Positions 37,509 through 46,295 are shown, counted from the first letter of the stretch. The stretch: DNA of 64,000 nt from an uncultured Candidatus Saccharibacteria bacterium (GCA_964474825.1 CAYYWQ010000001.1:1189-65188), one strand, 5' to 3'. The notes: generated by a model from the sequence alone, not told the origin. A program made the numbers and translations.

Positions 37509-38627
37509 TTATAAATAATTTTTATATCCGTATTTTTTAAAGTCTTTTTTGGCGTTTTTAAAAAATTTGCCGAACTTCCGGTCTTTTTCCCTTTTTTCAG
37601 GCTCTGTCATTCCGTAATGGCTGACTTCCTTTTTTAAGCTAATGTAATTGTTATATTTGCCGCGGTCCAGCTTGTCTGTTTCCAGGGCAGCCAGCACCGC
37701 GCAGCCGGGTTCGTGGACGTGGGTGCAGTCGTTATACTTGCAGCCTGTAGCCAAAGCGGCAATTTCTTCAAAAAAACTTCCCAAATCGGCGCTGACTTCC
37801 GCCAGTCCGACTTCGCGGATTCCGGGGTTGTCTATTACTATTCCGCCGCTTTCCAAAAAATACATTTCGCGGCTCGTGGTCACGTGCTGTCCGCGCCCGG
37901 AATAGGCGCTGACTTTTCCGGTTTTAATTAAATCTTTTCCAATTAATTTATTTATTAAGGAAGATTTGCCCACGCCGGAAGACCCTAAAAAACAGTATGT
38001 CTTACCGGGCAAAATATAAGCATTTAATTTATCCAAGCCGTTACTATTCATTGTGCTGGTGGGGATAACCTCTGCACCAGTAAACCTTTTTTTTATTTCG
38101 GAAAGCTTAATTTCCAACTCTTCAGGAGAAATCAGGTCTGTTTTGTTCAAAACCACGGCTGGCGAAATTCCCGCGTCTTTTATTAAAACAAAATATCTTT
38201 CCAGCCGGTTTAAATTGTAGTCGCGATCCACGGACTCCACCACGAATGCCGCGTCTATGTTGGCGCCAATAACCTGGATGTTAGTTTTGTTGCCAGTTTT
38301 GTTCCTGTCTCCTGAGTTTCTGCTTATTACCGTCTTCCGTGGCAAAACTTTTTGGATTACGGCTTTGCCGGGTCCTGTTTCCGAAATTGCCACCCAGTCT
38401 CCCACAGCAGGGAAGTCTTTCCTTCCCAGGGCCGTAAACATTTGCTTGCCGGTAATTTTTGCAAAAAATATACCGCGTTCGTTAATTACGCTGTAAGCTC
38501 CTTTATGCTCCGCAATTACCCTGCCTACGCTTACTCCGTCTGACATAAGTGGGTCAAAGCTTGAGGCAAAAAATTCGCTGTATCCTAAATCTTCAAGTTT
38601 AAGTTGTCGTGCTTCTTTTGAATCCAT
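37509..38627 (-). CDS. rsgA: Ribosome small-subunit-dependent GTPase A
   Basis: Circularly permuted GTPase motifs (VLNKTDL before GSSGVGKSSLIN) and a C-terminal zinc finger CKYNDCTHVHEPGCAV. A basic Lys-rich C-terminal tail is present. Confidence 0.85.
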   Translation of the reverse strand: MDSKEARQLKLEDLGYSEFFASSFDPLMSDGVSVGRVIAEHKGAYSVINERGIFFAKITGKQMFTALGRKDFPAVGDWVAISETGPGKAVIQKVLPRKTVISRNSGDRNKTGNKTNIQVIGANIDAAFVVESVDRDYNLNRLERYFVLIKDAGISPAVVLNKTDLISPEELEIKLSEIKKRFTGAEVIPTSTMNSNGLDKLNAYILPGKTYCFLGSSGVGKSSLINKLIGKDLIKTGKVSAYSGRGQHVTTSREMYFLESGGIVIDNPGIREVGLAEVSADLGSFFEEIAALATGCKYNDCTHVHEPGCAVLAALETDKLDRGKYNNYISLKKEVSHYGMTEPEKREKDRKFGKFFKNAKKDFKKYGYKNYL

Positions 38628-38745
38628 AAGGTAATTATACCCTTTATTTAAGGCTGTTCATAATTTATGTATAACAATAATAATATATTGACAAACGATA
38701 AATCATAATGTATTATATAAATACTTATTAATAATACTAAATCTT

Positions 38746-39210
38746 ATGAAGAGAGGTTCAACATTGTTTTTAAAAGGGGTTTTAATATTTTTTGCGTTTG
38801 GGGTGCTGGTTTTGTGCGTTTATGGTTTGCCCAGAGTTATTGGTTCCATAGACTTAAAAGGCTACGACCCTCTCTTAATAGGCCTATATGTTCCGTCTTT
38901 CCCGTTTTTATTTGCGCTGTACCAGGCTTGGAATTTGTTAACCTATATAGACACAAACACTGCTTTTTCAAATTTGTCTGTTAAGGCATTAAAAAATATA
39001 AAATATTGTGCTGTGACAATTGGCGTCCTGTTCGCTGCAGGCATGCCATATATATTTATGGTCGCAGACAAAGACGATGCCCCAGGCGTGGTGCTAATTG
39101 GGCTTATTATTATTTCTGCGTCAATTGTAATTGCAACATTCGCCGCAGTCCTACAAAAACTTATACAGAGCGGCCTGGATATAAAGTCGGAAAACGAATT
39201 AACAGTATAA
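38746..39210 (+). CDS. DUF2975-like small membrane protein
   Basis: 4-TM protein. It is the paralog of 39491-39970 and is paired with an XRE/YozG-type HTH. Confidence 0.5.
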   Translation: MKRGSTLFLKGVLIFFAFGVLVLCVYGLPRVIGSIDLKGYDPLLIGLYVPSFPFLFALYQAWNLLTYIDTNTAFSNLSVKALKNIKYCAVTIGVLFAAGMPYIFMVADKDDAPGVVLIGLIIISASIVIATFAAVLQKLIQSGLDIKSENELTV

Positions 39211-39214
39211 CCCT

Positions 39215-39421
39215 ATGTCTATAATTATCAATCTTGATGTCATGCTGGCAAAGCGGAAAATGAGCGTAACTGAGCTTGCAGAAAAAGTTGGAATAACCAT
39301 GGCTAATATTTCCATATTAAAAAATGGAAAAGCCAGAGCCATTCGTTTTTCAACGTTAGAAGCTATTTGTAAAGCGCTGAACTGCCAGCCAGGGGACATT
39401 TTGGAATACAAGAACAGCTAG
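39215..39421 (+). CDS. XRE-family HTH transcriptional regulator (YozG-like)
   Basis: LAKRKMSVTELAEKVGITMANISILKNGKARAIRFSTLEAICKALNCQPGDIL is the canonical short Cro/C1 HTH protein. Confidence 0.7.
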   Translation: MSIIINLDVMLAKRKMSVTELAEKVGITMANISILKNGKARAIRFSTLEAICKALNCQPGDILEYKNS

Positions 39422-39490
39422 TCAGCGAATAGGCTGATCGGCTAATCAGTCGATATGCTACATATTAATAATTAGTGAACAAAAAAATTT

Positions 39491-39970
39491 ATGAAAAAAG
39501 GTTTAACAATATTTCTCCAGATAGTCTTAGTGCTCATCGGCCTCGTGGCACTGGTCATTATGATTAGGTTTCCATTAACTGAAGGAAGAGCAGTAAACTT
39601 AGACCTGTTTAGTATTTACGCTGATCCATTAATTATGTATGGGTACTTGGCGTCCATTGCGTTTTTTGTTGCCCTGTATAAGGCGTTCAAATTACTCGGA
39701 TACATTGGGCAAAATAAAGTATTTTCAGTAAACTCTGTGAAGGCTTTAAGAACTATAAAATATTGTGCTATTGTACTTGGCATTTTAATTGTAATAGCAG
39801 GGCTATATATTAGAATATTTCATGCTACAAATGACGACCCGGCGGGTTTTTTGGCCCTGTGTATTGTAACCACTTTTATTTCTATGGTAATTGCGACTGC
39901 CGCGACTGTGCTTGAAAGAACTTTGCAAAAAGCCTTGGAAATAAAATCCGATAACGACTTAACAGTTTAA
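39491..39970 (+). CDS. DUF2975-like small membrane protein (paralog)
   Basis: Collinear similarity to 38746-39210 (e.g. VKALKNIKYCAVTIGVLF versus VKALRTIKYCAIVLGILI, and a C-terminal D(I/N)KSENELTV/DNDLTV). Confidence 0.5.
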   Translation: MKKGLTIFLQIVLVLIGLVALVIMIRFPLTEGRAVNLDLFSIYADPLIMYGYLASIAFFVALYKAFKLLGYIGQNKVFSVNSVKALRTIKYCAIVLGILIVIAGLYIRIFHATNDDPAGFLALCIVTTFISMVIATAATVLERTLQKALEIKSDNDLTV

Positions 39971-39993
39971 TGGCCAATTAGACTTCATATAAA

Positions 39994-40215
39994 ATGAAAA
40001 GGATGCTAAAAATTTTATTGCCCTTAATTTTGTTAATTTTTGCTTTAGGGATTACCTATGTGGGCCAAGTTAACAAAAATCTTATAAAAGATTGCAACGC
40101 GAGTATACAGGAATACATAAACCCTTCTTGGGGTCCGGGTTCGCAAGGGGAGGGTGTTCAGAAAAAAATTATTTGTGAACATAACTTGAGGTATAACCTA
40201 AACCTACTTCCTTAA
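39994..40215 (+). CDS. Hypothetical small secreted protein
   Basis: 73 aa with a signal peptide. It is followed by a perfect hairpin terminator aaacaatggggcatgcccccattgttttt (40221-40249). Confidence 0.3.
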   Translation: MKRMLKILLPLILLIFALGITYVGQVNKNLIKDCNASIQEYINPSWGPGSQGEGVQKKIICEHNLRYNLNLLP

Positions 40216-40325
40216 TTAAAAAACAATGGGGCATGCCCCCATTGTTTTTGTTTAAACAACAACCCTTGAAAAATCTGGGGGTTTTTGGTAAAATGACGTA
40301 CGTTCAATTTCCCAGGAGGAGTGCC

Positions 40326-40517
40326 ATGAAGAATTCGAAAGACATGAAGGATATGGTGTGGAGCAAGGTGCAGAAATGCCCTTACTGTTTTTCCGACAAG
40401 ATCGTCTGTAGGTTGGGGGAGGGGGTTTACCAGTGTGGCGAGTGTCGCCAGCCCTACAGAAGGCTTAAGCTCGGGTTAGGGAGGTGGGTGCTCTGGTATA
40501 TCACCACCCGAGTCTGA
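40326..40517 (+). CDS. Zinc-ribbon protein (transposase-type Zn ribbon-like)
   Basis: aggagg RBS 6 nt upstream of the ATG. CPYCFSDKIVCRLGEGVYQCGECRQPYR forms a CxxC...CxxC ribbon. The composition is GC-rich relative to its surroundings. Confidence 0.35.
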   Translation: MKNSKDMKDMVWSKVQKCPYCFSDKIVCRLGEGVYQCGECRQPYRRLKLGLGRWVLWYITTRV

Positions 40518-40597
40518 CTTTTCCACTACTTCAAGATAAGAGACCTTTGGGTTACACCAAAGGTCTCAAAAAATAATCGGCGCATTCCCTATTGTTC

Positions 40598-40906
40598 TTA
40601 TTTTTTAGATCGCCTATTAAGTATTCCTTGAATTGAGGGGCTTATGGCTTTGTCTTTCCTATGTATACAGCCCAGCCAGCAACAAGGCCGGCGCATACCT
40701 TCTTTGAGTTCACCGACCACTCTTTTAACATGGTCTTTTCTTGTTTCTTCTTTTTTAACAAAGGTAGTCCAGCAAATCCATTCATTGCGCGCAAGGGGAG
40801 AAAGGCTTTCCCATAATGCCAGCGCTGCTTTGTCCGAAGCCAAAGCCTGTTTTAAGTCAGTAGGAATTTTATGCGCTGTTCCGCTTGAAATTGTTTTTTT
40901 GATCAT
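40598..40906 (-). CDS. YdeI/OmdA-like (bacteriocin-protection family) small protein
   Basis: LSPLARNEWICWTTFVKKEETRKDHVKRVVGELKEGMRRPCCWLGC resembles the YdeI/OmpD-associated domain signature. Confidence 0.4.
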   Translation of the reverse strand: MIKKTISSGTAHKIPTDLKQALASDKAALALWESLSPLARNEWICWTTFVKKEETRKDHVKRVVGELKEGMRRPCCWLGCIHRKDKAISPSIQGILNRRSKK

Positions 40907-41003
40907 AAAAATTCTTTATGCAGACTATATAAACATTCGTAAATTATGGGGTGTGGCCCTCTTTATTACACCTATATTCTAACACAAAGGCATAAATTTG
41001 GCC

Positions 41004-41038
41004 TATTGATAAAATATCAACATAATGATAAAATATCT
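41004..41038 (+). promoter_or_regulatory. Probable sigma-70 promoter for the intron-containing tRNA
   Basis: TTGATA-N17-TAAAAT, with the 12-mer tgataaaatatc directly repeated. Confidence 0.4.
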
Positions 41039-41094
41039 AAGACAATTGAATATTGTCTATATTCGGGAGTAGCTCAGCGGTAGAGCAATCGGCT

Positions 41095-41632
41095 GTGAAT
41101 CCGCCTTTATCAGTAAGCTATAATATATGGCTGATACAAGGAAATATTCCGACCGCGCAGAGTATCTTAAAAAAGCAGTTGATAAAAGACGCAAAAAGAT
41201 CAAAACCATGGCCATTGCCTATAAGGGCAATAAGTGCACATTCTGTGGTTATGATAAATGCGCCGGAGCCCTAGAGTTCCATCATCTTGACCCAAAAGGA
41301 AAAGATTTTGGACTAGGACAAAATGGTTTAACCCGTTCTTGGGAGAAGACCAAAAATGAACTAAACAAATGTGTATTAGTTTGCTCCAACTGCCATAAAG
41401 AAATTCATGCAGGTCTGTTGCAGCCTTCTCAAGTAATTGAGAACGGAAAAACGAGGTGAATTGCTGGAAACCTTTAAAATGGTAATCAGCAGCCAAGCCC
41501 CACCAATGTGGGGAAGGTTCAGAGACTATCTCGCAAGAGAGTACTTAGATCGAAAGATCTTGGGAAGCCCCTCGCATCCCTCCATCGGGGATGATGATAT
41601 AGTCCACTCTTAATAGAAATATTAAGGCAAGG
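41095..41632 (+). mobile_element. Group I self-splicing intron carrying a homing-endonuclease ORF
   Basis: The internal guide sequence GGCUGA (41129-41134) pairs with the exon-1 end UCGGCU, with a U.G pair at the splice site. Adjacent UAUA can form P10 with the exon-2 start UGUA. Conserved core elements are present: P aattgctggaaac, Q aatcagcagcc, R gttcagagactatc and S gatgatatagtcc (the last close to the S consensus AAGAUAUAGUCC). The terminal base is G. Confidence 0.8.
41127..41459 (+). CDS. HNH homing endonuclease, intron-encoded
   Basis: CTFCGYDKCAGALEFHHLDPKGKDF...CVLVCSNCHKEIHAG is an HNH motif with a Cys4 zinc scaffold. The ORF lies entirely in the peripheral P1-P2 region of the intron, and its stop codon abuts the P element. 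Confidence 0.75.
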   Translation: MADTRKYSDRAEYLKKAVDKRRKKIKTMAIAYKGNKCTFCGYDKCAGALEFHHLDPKGKDFGLGQNGLTRSWEKTKNELNKCVLVCSNCHKEIHAGLLQPSQVIENGKTR

Positions 41633-41794
41633 TGTAACCGATGGGTCCTGGGTTCGAATCCCAGCTCCCGAGCCAACAAAGGACATCTCTTAAATGGAGG
41701 TGTTTTTTGTTTAAAAAATGTTAAGTTAAATAGAATGCTGAATAATAAACCTGGTATGATATACTAGCTTAAGAAGCCTTAAAGGCTCGCCCGT

Positions 41795-42091
41795 GTGGCG
41801 GCCTTTTTTTATTTTTTAGGTTTAACTTATATGGATTACACTATTATAGACGTACGCGAGCCTTACGAGTATGCCCTAGGGCATGTGGAGGGCGCTATTA
41901 ACATACCGGCAGGGAGCATTATGGAAAGCCCGGCAGCATTACAAGGCTTGCCTAAAGATGCCAAACTGCTCCTGTATTGCCGGTCGGGGAGTAGGTCAGA
42001 GTATGTTATGATCCTCCTAAAACAAATGGGATTTACAAATATGACCAACGGCATTAACAAAGAGCGAATTAAAGCAACGTTTGGAATTTAA
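41795..42091 (+). CDS. Rhodanese-like single-domain sulfurtransferase
   Basis: IIDVREPYEYALGHVEGAINIP and the active-site loop CRSGSRS. Confidence 0.75.
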   Translation: MAAFFYFLGLTYMDYTIIDVREPYEYALGHVEGAINIPAGSIMESPAALQGLPKDAKLLLYCRSGSRSEYVMILLKQMGFTNMTNGINKERIKATFGI

Positions 42092-42093
42092 CT

Positions 42094-42342
42094 ATGAAAA
42101 TCCAAGTTTTAGGTTCAGGCTGTGCTACCTGTAAAAAACTGTTTGAAATAACCAAACAAGCAGCAGTTCAATTAAAGCTGCCCGACCAGGTGGAATATGT
42201 TACCGACGTTCAGCAAATTCTAAATATGGGGTTAATGTCCAGCCCGGTTTTGGCGGTGGACGGAAAGCCTGTCTTAGTTGGTTTTGTGCCAAATGTGGAA
42301 GAGATTAAAAAAGCCATACTAAAGGCTTCTTCAATGCAATAA
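42094..42342 (+). CDS. Thioredoxin-fold redox-active disulfide protein (Thioredoxin_3-like)
   Basis: MKIQVLGSGCATCKK has an N-terminal CxxC in an 82-aa protein, typical of the TM0983-like family often found beside permeases. Confidence 0.6.
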   Translation: MKIQVLGSGCATCKKLFEITKQAAVQLKLPDQVEYVTDVQQILNMGLMSSPVLAVDGKPVLVGFVPNVEEIKKAILKASSMQ

Positions 42343-42345
42343 CTC

Positions 42346-43314
42346 ATGAATATTTTTTTCCCTTTGCAATTGGCGGCTGATTGGTTAACCTATTCGGTCT
42401 TTAAACTTTTACCGGACAGTTTGGCTGGCATAGCAGTAAATTTTTTTATATTCGACACGGTTAAGATCTTTGTGCTCTTAGCTGTTATAGTGTTTGCGGT
42501 ATCTCTACTCCGTTCATTTTTCCCGCCAGAAAAAATTAGAGGAATTTTGTCACACAAAAATAAATACACTGGGAATGTTGTTGCTTCACTGCTCGGCATT
42601 GTTACGCCGTTTTGCTCATGCTCGGCAATTCCTTTATTCTTAGGTTTTGTCCAGGCCGGCGTACCGCTTGGAACTACTTTTTCTTTTTTAGTTGCTTCGC
42701 CAATGATTAATGAAGTAGCATTAGTACTTTTGCTTGGGTTATTCGGCTGGAAAATAGCCCTTATTTATATTATTAGTGGCCTGATTATTTCTATCCTGTC
42801 GGGTATTGTTATAGGAAGCTTAAACCCGGAAAAATTGGTAGAATCTTTCGTGTTTCAGAATGCTATTAAGTCCAATATAGAATTACCTCAAATGTCCTGG
42901 AAGCAACGCCTGGCTTATGCCAAAGATTACACGCTGGATATTTTAAAAAGAGTTTGGCCTTATATTATTATAGGCATTGGAGTGGGGGCTTTCATACACG
43001 GCTATGTTCCTACAGACTTCTTAGTAAAATACACGGGAAGTAACAAATGGTACGGCGTGCCGCTTGCGGTTCTTATAGGCATACCCCTATATTCCAATAC
43101 CGCGGGAATAATTCCGCTAGTTAGCGTTTTGACAGAAAAAGGAGTTAGTATGGGAACAGCACTAGCCTTTATGATGTCGGTTACGGCCCTCTCCCTGCCT
43201 GAATTTATGATTTTGAAAAAGGTAATGAAATTAAGACTAATATTGATTTTTGCAGGTATTGTGGGGGTAAGCATAACAATTACCGGATACATTTTTAATC
43301 TTTTATTGCGTTAG
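42346..43314 (+). CDS. Predicted permease (DUF318/YraQ-like)
   Basis: 322-aa multi-TM protein with a CSCSAIP motif typical of the permease family associated with redox-active disulfide proteins. Confidence 0.55.
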   Translation: MNIFFPLQLAADWLTYSVFKLLPDSLAGIAVNFFIFDTVKIFVLLAVIVFAVSLLRSFFPPEKIRGILSHKNKYTGNVVASLLGIVTPFCSCSAIPLFLGFVQAGVPLGTTFSFLVASPMINEVALVLLLGLFGWKIALIYIISGLIISILSGIVIGSLNPEKLVESFVFQNAIKSNIELPQMSWKQRLAYAKDYTLDILKRVWPYIIIGIGVGAFIHGYVPTDFLVKYTGSNKWYGVPLAVLIGIPLYSNTAGIIPLVSVLTEKGVSMGTALAFMMSVTALSLPEFMILKKVMKLRLILIFAGIVGVSITITGYIFNLLLR

Positions 43315-43435
43315 CTTTTAGAAATTTAGTAAAAAATTAATTAACAAATTAAATCCCCAATAGGGTGAGCAAACAAAAAACATCAATAAAATTGGTGTTT
43401 TTTGTTTGGGGTAGTGTATAATGAATGTATAATAA

Positions 43436-43885
43436 TTGATTAAATATAATTCAAATATGACAACAATAAATCCTTGGATTAATTTTAATGGTAATGCGGA
43501 AGAAGCATTTATTTTTTACAAATCAGTATTCGGTGGAGAGTTCACCAAAATAATACGTTTTAAAGATCTTGCAAGTGCCGAATTTCCTGTAGCAGAAAAA
43601 GAACAAAATAAAATAATGCTTATTACTTTACCTATTGGTAAAAATAATATGCTCATGGCAAATGACGTGCCGGAAGTTTTAGGAAAAGTAAATGAAAACG
43701 AAAACCGAAGCAAGATTTCCATACACACGGAAAGTAAAGAAGAGGCGGATAAATTATTTACCGGTCTTTCTGCCGGAGGGCAAGTAGAAGGACCAATGGG
43801 TAACGGCCCATGGGGTTCTTACGCTGGTATGTTTAGAGACAAATATGGCATAGAGTGGATAATTGAATTTTACCCAAAAAAATAG
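43436..43885 (+). CDS. VOC-superfamily protein, PhnB/YjdN-like
   Basis: INPWINFNGNAEEAFIFYKSVFGG is the hallmark N-terminus of the PhnB-like (3-demethylubiquinone-9 methyltransferase domain) family. Confidence 0.6.
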   Translation: MIKYNSNMTTINPWINFNGNAEEAFIFYKSVFGGEFTKIIRFKDLASAEFPVAEKEQNKIMLITLPIGKNNMLMANDVPEVLGKVNENENRSKISIHTESKEEADKLFTGLSAGGQVEGPMGNGPWGSYAGMFRDKYGIEWIIEFYPKK

Positions 43886-44012
43886 AATACTTTCCGTAAC
43901 CTACTTTTCCCTAAAACATTTTAGTTAAATTATTATTTCATTTTCTAAATAGTCGGTTGTAATCTGTTCCGCTAGGGAGCCAATAAAAAACACCAACTCT
44001 CGTTGGTGTTTT

Positions 44013-44378
44013 TTATGTTCGTAAAATCTTTTCCATTTGCCTGCCTTTGGCCAGTTCGTCTATTAGCTTATCTAAGTACCTAACTTCCCTCATAACCGGA
44101 TCTTTTATTTCTTCCACCCGCACACCACAAATTACACCGGTAATTAAGGAGCGGGAAGGGTTCATTTTAGGAGCCTTGGCAAAAAAGTTTTGGAAATCAG
44201 TTTTCTTTTCAAGTACCGCTTCTAATCGTTTTTGTGAATACCCTGTAAGCCAGCGAATAATCTCATCCACTTCTTTTTTTGTGCGTCCTTTTTTCTTAGC
44301 CTTAGCAATATAAAAAGGATAAACTCCGGCAAAACTCATTGCATATACACGCTTTAGGGTCTTAGGGTCTTCTTTCAT
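44013..44378 (-). CDS. DUF2200-like protein
   Basis: [38 protein letters not shown] resembles DUF2200. Confidence 0.4.
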   Translation of the reverse strand: MKEDPKTLKRVYAMSFAGVYPFYIAKAKKKGRTKKEVDEIIRWLTGYSQKRLEAVLEKKTDFQNFFAKAPKMNPSRSLITGVICGVRVEEIKDPVMREVRYLDKLIDELAKGRQMEKILRT

Positions 44379-44533
44379 AGTTTATTCGTCTCCCGGCCAT
44401 TATGATAGTATAAGGATCTATTAAAGTCAACGTCAGGCAGCTTTTTTAAATATGCATATATTAAGACAGATGTTTTTTGATCTCGACAAAGACAACCCCC
44501 TGAGTTATTATTAAAATAATTAACTTAATACTT

Positions 44534-44983
44534 ATGGCAGAAATAAAAACCAAAGCAACAAAAGAAAGCGTTATAAAATTTTTAAATGCGGTAAAGCCTG
44601 ACGACAAGCGGAAGGACGGCCTGGCTTTGCTTAAACTTTTCAAAAAAACCACCGGGGAAAAACCAGTAATGTGGGGAACGAGCATTGTGGGCTTTGGGAA
44701 GTACCATTATAAATCTGAAAAAAGCAGCCAAGAAGGCGACTGGTTCCATGTTGGTTTTTCTCCCAGGAAGCAAAACCTGGCCCTTTATATTCTAGCGTGG
44801 AAGCAGGAAGACCCGGCGCTATTAGCTAAATTAGGAAAATATAAAAGAGGCGGCGGGTGCCTGTATATAAACCACCTTTCCGATGTAAATGAAAAAGTCT
44901 TAGGCTTGCTCATTAAAGCCATATACACATACAGAAAGAAAATCCATTCTAAGTCGTCTTCAGTACTAGCTCATATGGAATAA
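44534..44983 (+). CDS. DUF1801 (YdhG-like) domain protein
   Basis: VIKFLNAV...KPVMWGTSIVGFGKYHYK pattern of DUF1801. Confidence 0.5.
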   Translation: MAEIKTKATKESVIKFLNAVKPDDKRKDGLALLKLFKKTTGEKPVMWGTSIVGFGKYHYKSEKSSQEGDWFHVGFSPRKQNLALYILAWKQEDPALLAKLGKYKRGGGCLYINHLSDVNEKVLGLLIKAIYTYRKKIHSKSSSVLAHME

Positions 44984-45058
44984 AAAAATAGTAAAATATA
45001 TAGCCCCGCAATCTCCAAATAATCTAATTAAAAAGCTGTATTAGCTAAATAAAACAAA

Positions 45059-45571
45059 ATGAAAAGTAAAATTGTCATTGTTCATGACAAAATGCAGAAA
45101 AATTACCGTTACCCGCTGGCGGAGCCGGCAGGCAGGAATTTCCATCCGGATTTTAAGCCGGAACTTACGCCCAAACAAATGCTGTCCTTAGGGGTGTTCG
45201 GCGGAAAATATATGACGGACTGTAAAAAAGAATTTCCAAAAAGCTGGTTTGCCCGCGCCAAGCTTTCTCCCGAGCATCACGACGACTCATTAAATTATTT
45301 CCATAAACACGCCAGCCAGCCGCTTAAAGTCTGGGAGAAAAAAGGCTGGATTAACGAAAAGCATGATCCCCGCGGCTGGTTCCAATGGTACTGCCGATAC
45401 TATATGGGCAGGCGCCTACCTGAAGAAGACGGGCGACAGATAAAGCGATGGAAGGCCATTACGCGTCACATTGCGCAGGTCAAGAAATATTGTAAGCAGG
45501 GTGACTTAACCTGCAGGCCCGGCCAGCGCCAAGCAATTCTCCACTGGGCTTACGACAGCAGGAAAATATAA
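45059..45571 (+). CDS. Hypothetical protein
   Basis: 170-aa ORF that is Trp/Tyr-rich (WFQWYCRYYMGRR). No family recognised. Confidence 0.35.
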   Translation: MKSKIVIVHDKMQKNYRYPLAEPAGRNFHPDFKPELTPKQMLSLGVFGGKYMTDCKKEFPKSWFARAKLSPEHHDDSLNYFHKHASQPLKVWEKKGWINEKHDPRGWFQWYCRYYMGRRLPEEDGRQIKRWKAITRHIAQVKKYCKQGDLTCRPGQRQAILHWAYDSRKI

Positions 45572-45600
45572 ATAACGCTTTAAATAATTAATGTATTTCC

Positions 45601-46194
45601 ATGAGAAAAATAATTGTTTTAGAGTTTATAACTTTAGACGGGGTTATGCAGGCCCCGGGCGGGCCAAAGGAAGACACTTCGGGGGGTTTTAAATACGGCG
45701 GCTGGACCGCGCCTTTTGGCGACAAGATTTTTAACAATGTCCTCAAAAAAGAAATGAAGCCCGCAGACCTTCTTTTGGGAAGAAAAACATTTAAGATTTG
45801 GGAAAACTACTGGCCAAAGCATACAGACGTATGGCCGGGCATAAATGAAGTTACAAAATACGTGTTGTCTAAAACCGTAAAAAAGTCGTCCTGGAAAAAT
45901 TCAGTTTTTCTTAAAAGTGTAGGTGATATTAAAAAACTCAAAGGTTCAAAAGGCGGCGACATTAAAGTTTGGGGCAGTAGTAACCTTGCCCAGTTACTGC
46001 TTAAGAACGACTTAGTAGACGAACTTTGGCTTAAAATTTATCCTTTAACTCTTGGGCAAGGAAAAAAGTTGTTCGGCACTGGCACCATTCCGGCCGCCTT
46101 TAAGTTAACAGAAAGTGTAGTTACCTCCGACGGAATAATTCTTACCAAATACAAGCGAGCAGGAAAAGTTAAAACAGGTACGGTAGGAGATTAA
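45601..46194 (+). CDS. Dihydrofolate reductase-family protein (RibD C-terminal domain, YwjB-like)
   Basis: ITLDGVMQAPGGPKED and WGSSNLAQLLLKNDLVDELWLKIYPLTLGQGKKLF match the RibD_C/DHFR-like fold family. Confidence 0.7.
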   Translation: MRKIIVLEFITLDGVMQAPGGPKEDTSGGFKYGGWTAPFGDKIFNNVLKKEMKPADLLLGRKTFKIWENYWPKHTDVWPGINEVTKYVLSKTVKKSSWKNSVFLKSVGDIKKLKGSKGGDIKVWGSSNLAQLLLKNDLVDELWLKIYPLTLGQGKKLFGTGTIPAAFKLTESVVTSDGIILTKYKRAGKVKTGTVGD

Positions 46195-46295
46195 CCAAAA
46201 ATACCCTAACTTAAGTTAGGGTATTTTTATTGGCATATGTGATGGAATTTGCTAGTATTAATATACTTTTAAAATTAAATTAAACCCATAAATTT

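Larger units (their letters stand above)
41063..41675 (+). tRNA. Split tRNA gene, most likely tRNA-Thr(UGU), interrupted in the anticodon loop by a group I intron. Exon 1 is 41063-41094 and exon 2 is 41633-41675.
   Basis: Exon 1 is TCGGGAG-TA-GCTC-AGCGGTA-GAGC-A-ATCGG-CT, ending at U33. Exon 2 is TGTAA-CCGAT-GGGTC-CTGGG-TTCGAAT-CCCAG-CTCCCGA-G-CCA. The acceptor stem TCGGGAG/CTCCCGA and the anticodon stem ATCGG/CCGAT are perfectly complementary across the 538-nt insertion. The alternative splice-site choice would give GUU (Asn). Confidence 0.8.

Noticed and set aside
40545-40580. Perfect hairpin agagacctttgggttacaccaaaggtctc followed by an A-run
   Set aside because: The orientation of the A/T tracts does not fit a canonical intrinsic terminator for either flanking gene. 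It may be a processing or stability hairpin. No feature is claimed.
41053-41274. 73-aa plus-strand ORF starting inside tRNA exon 1
   Set aside because: It overlaps the tRNA exon and is out of frame with the HNH ORF, which has the motif support.
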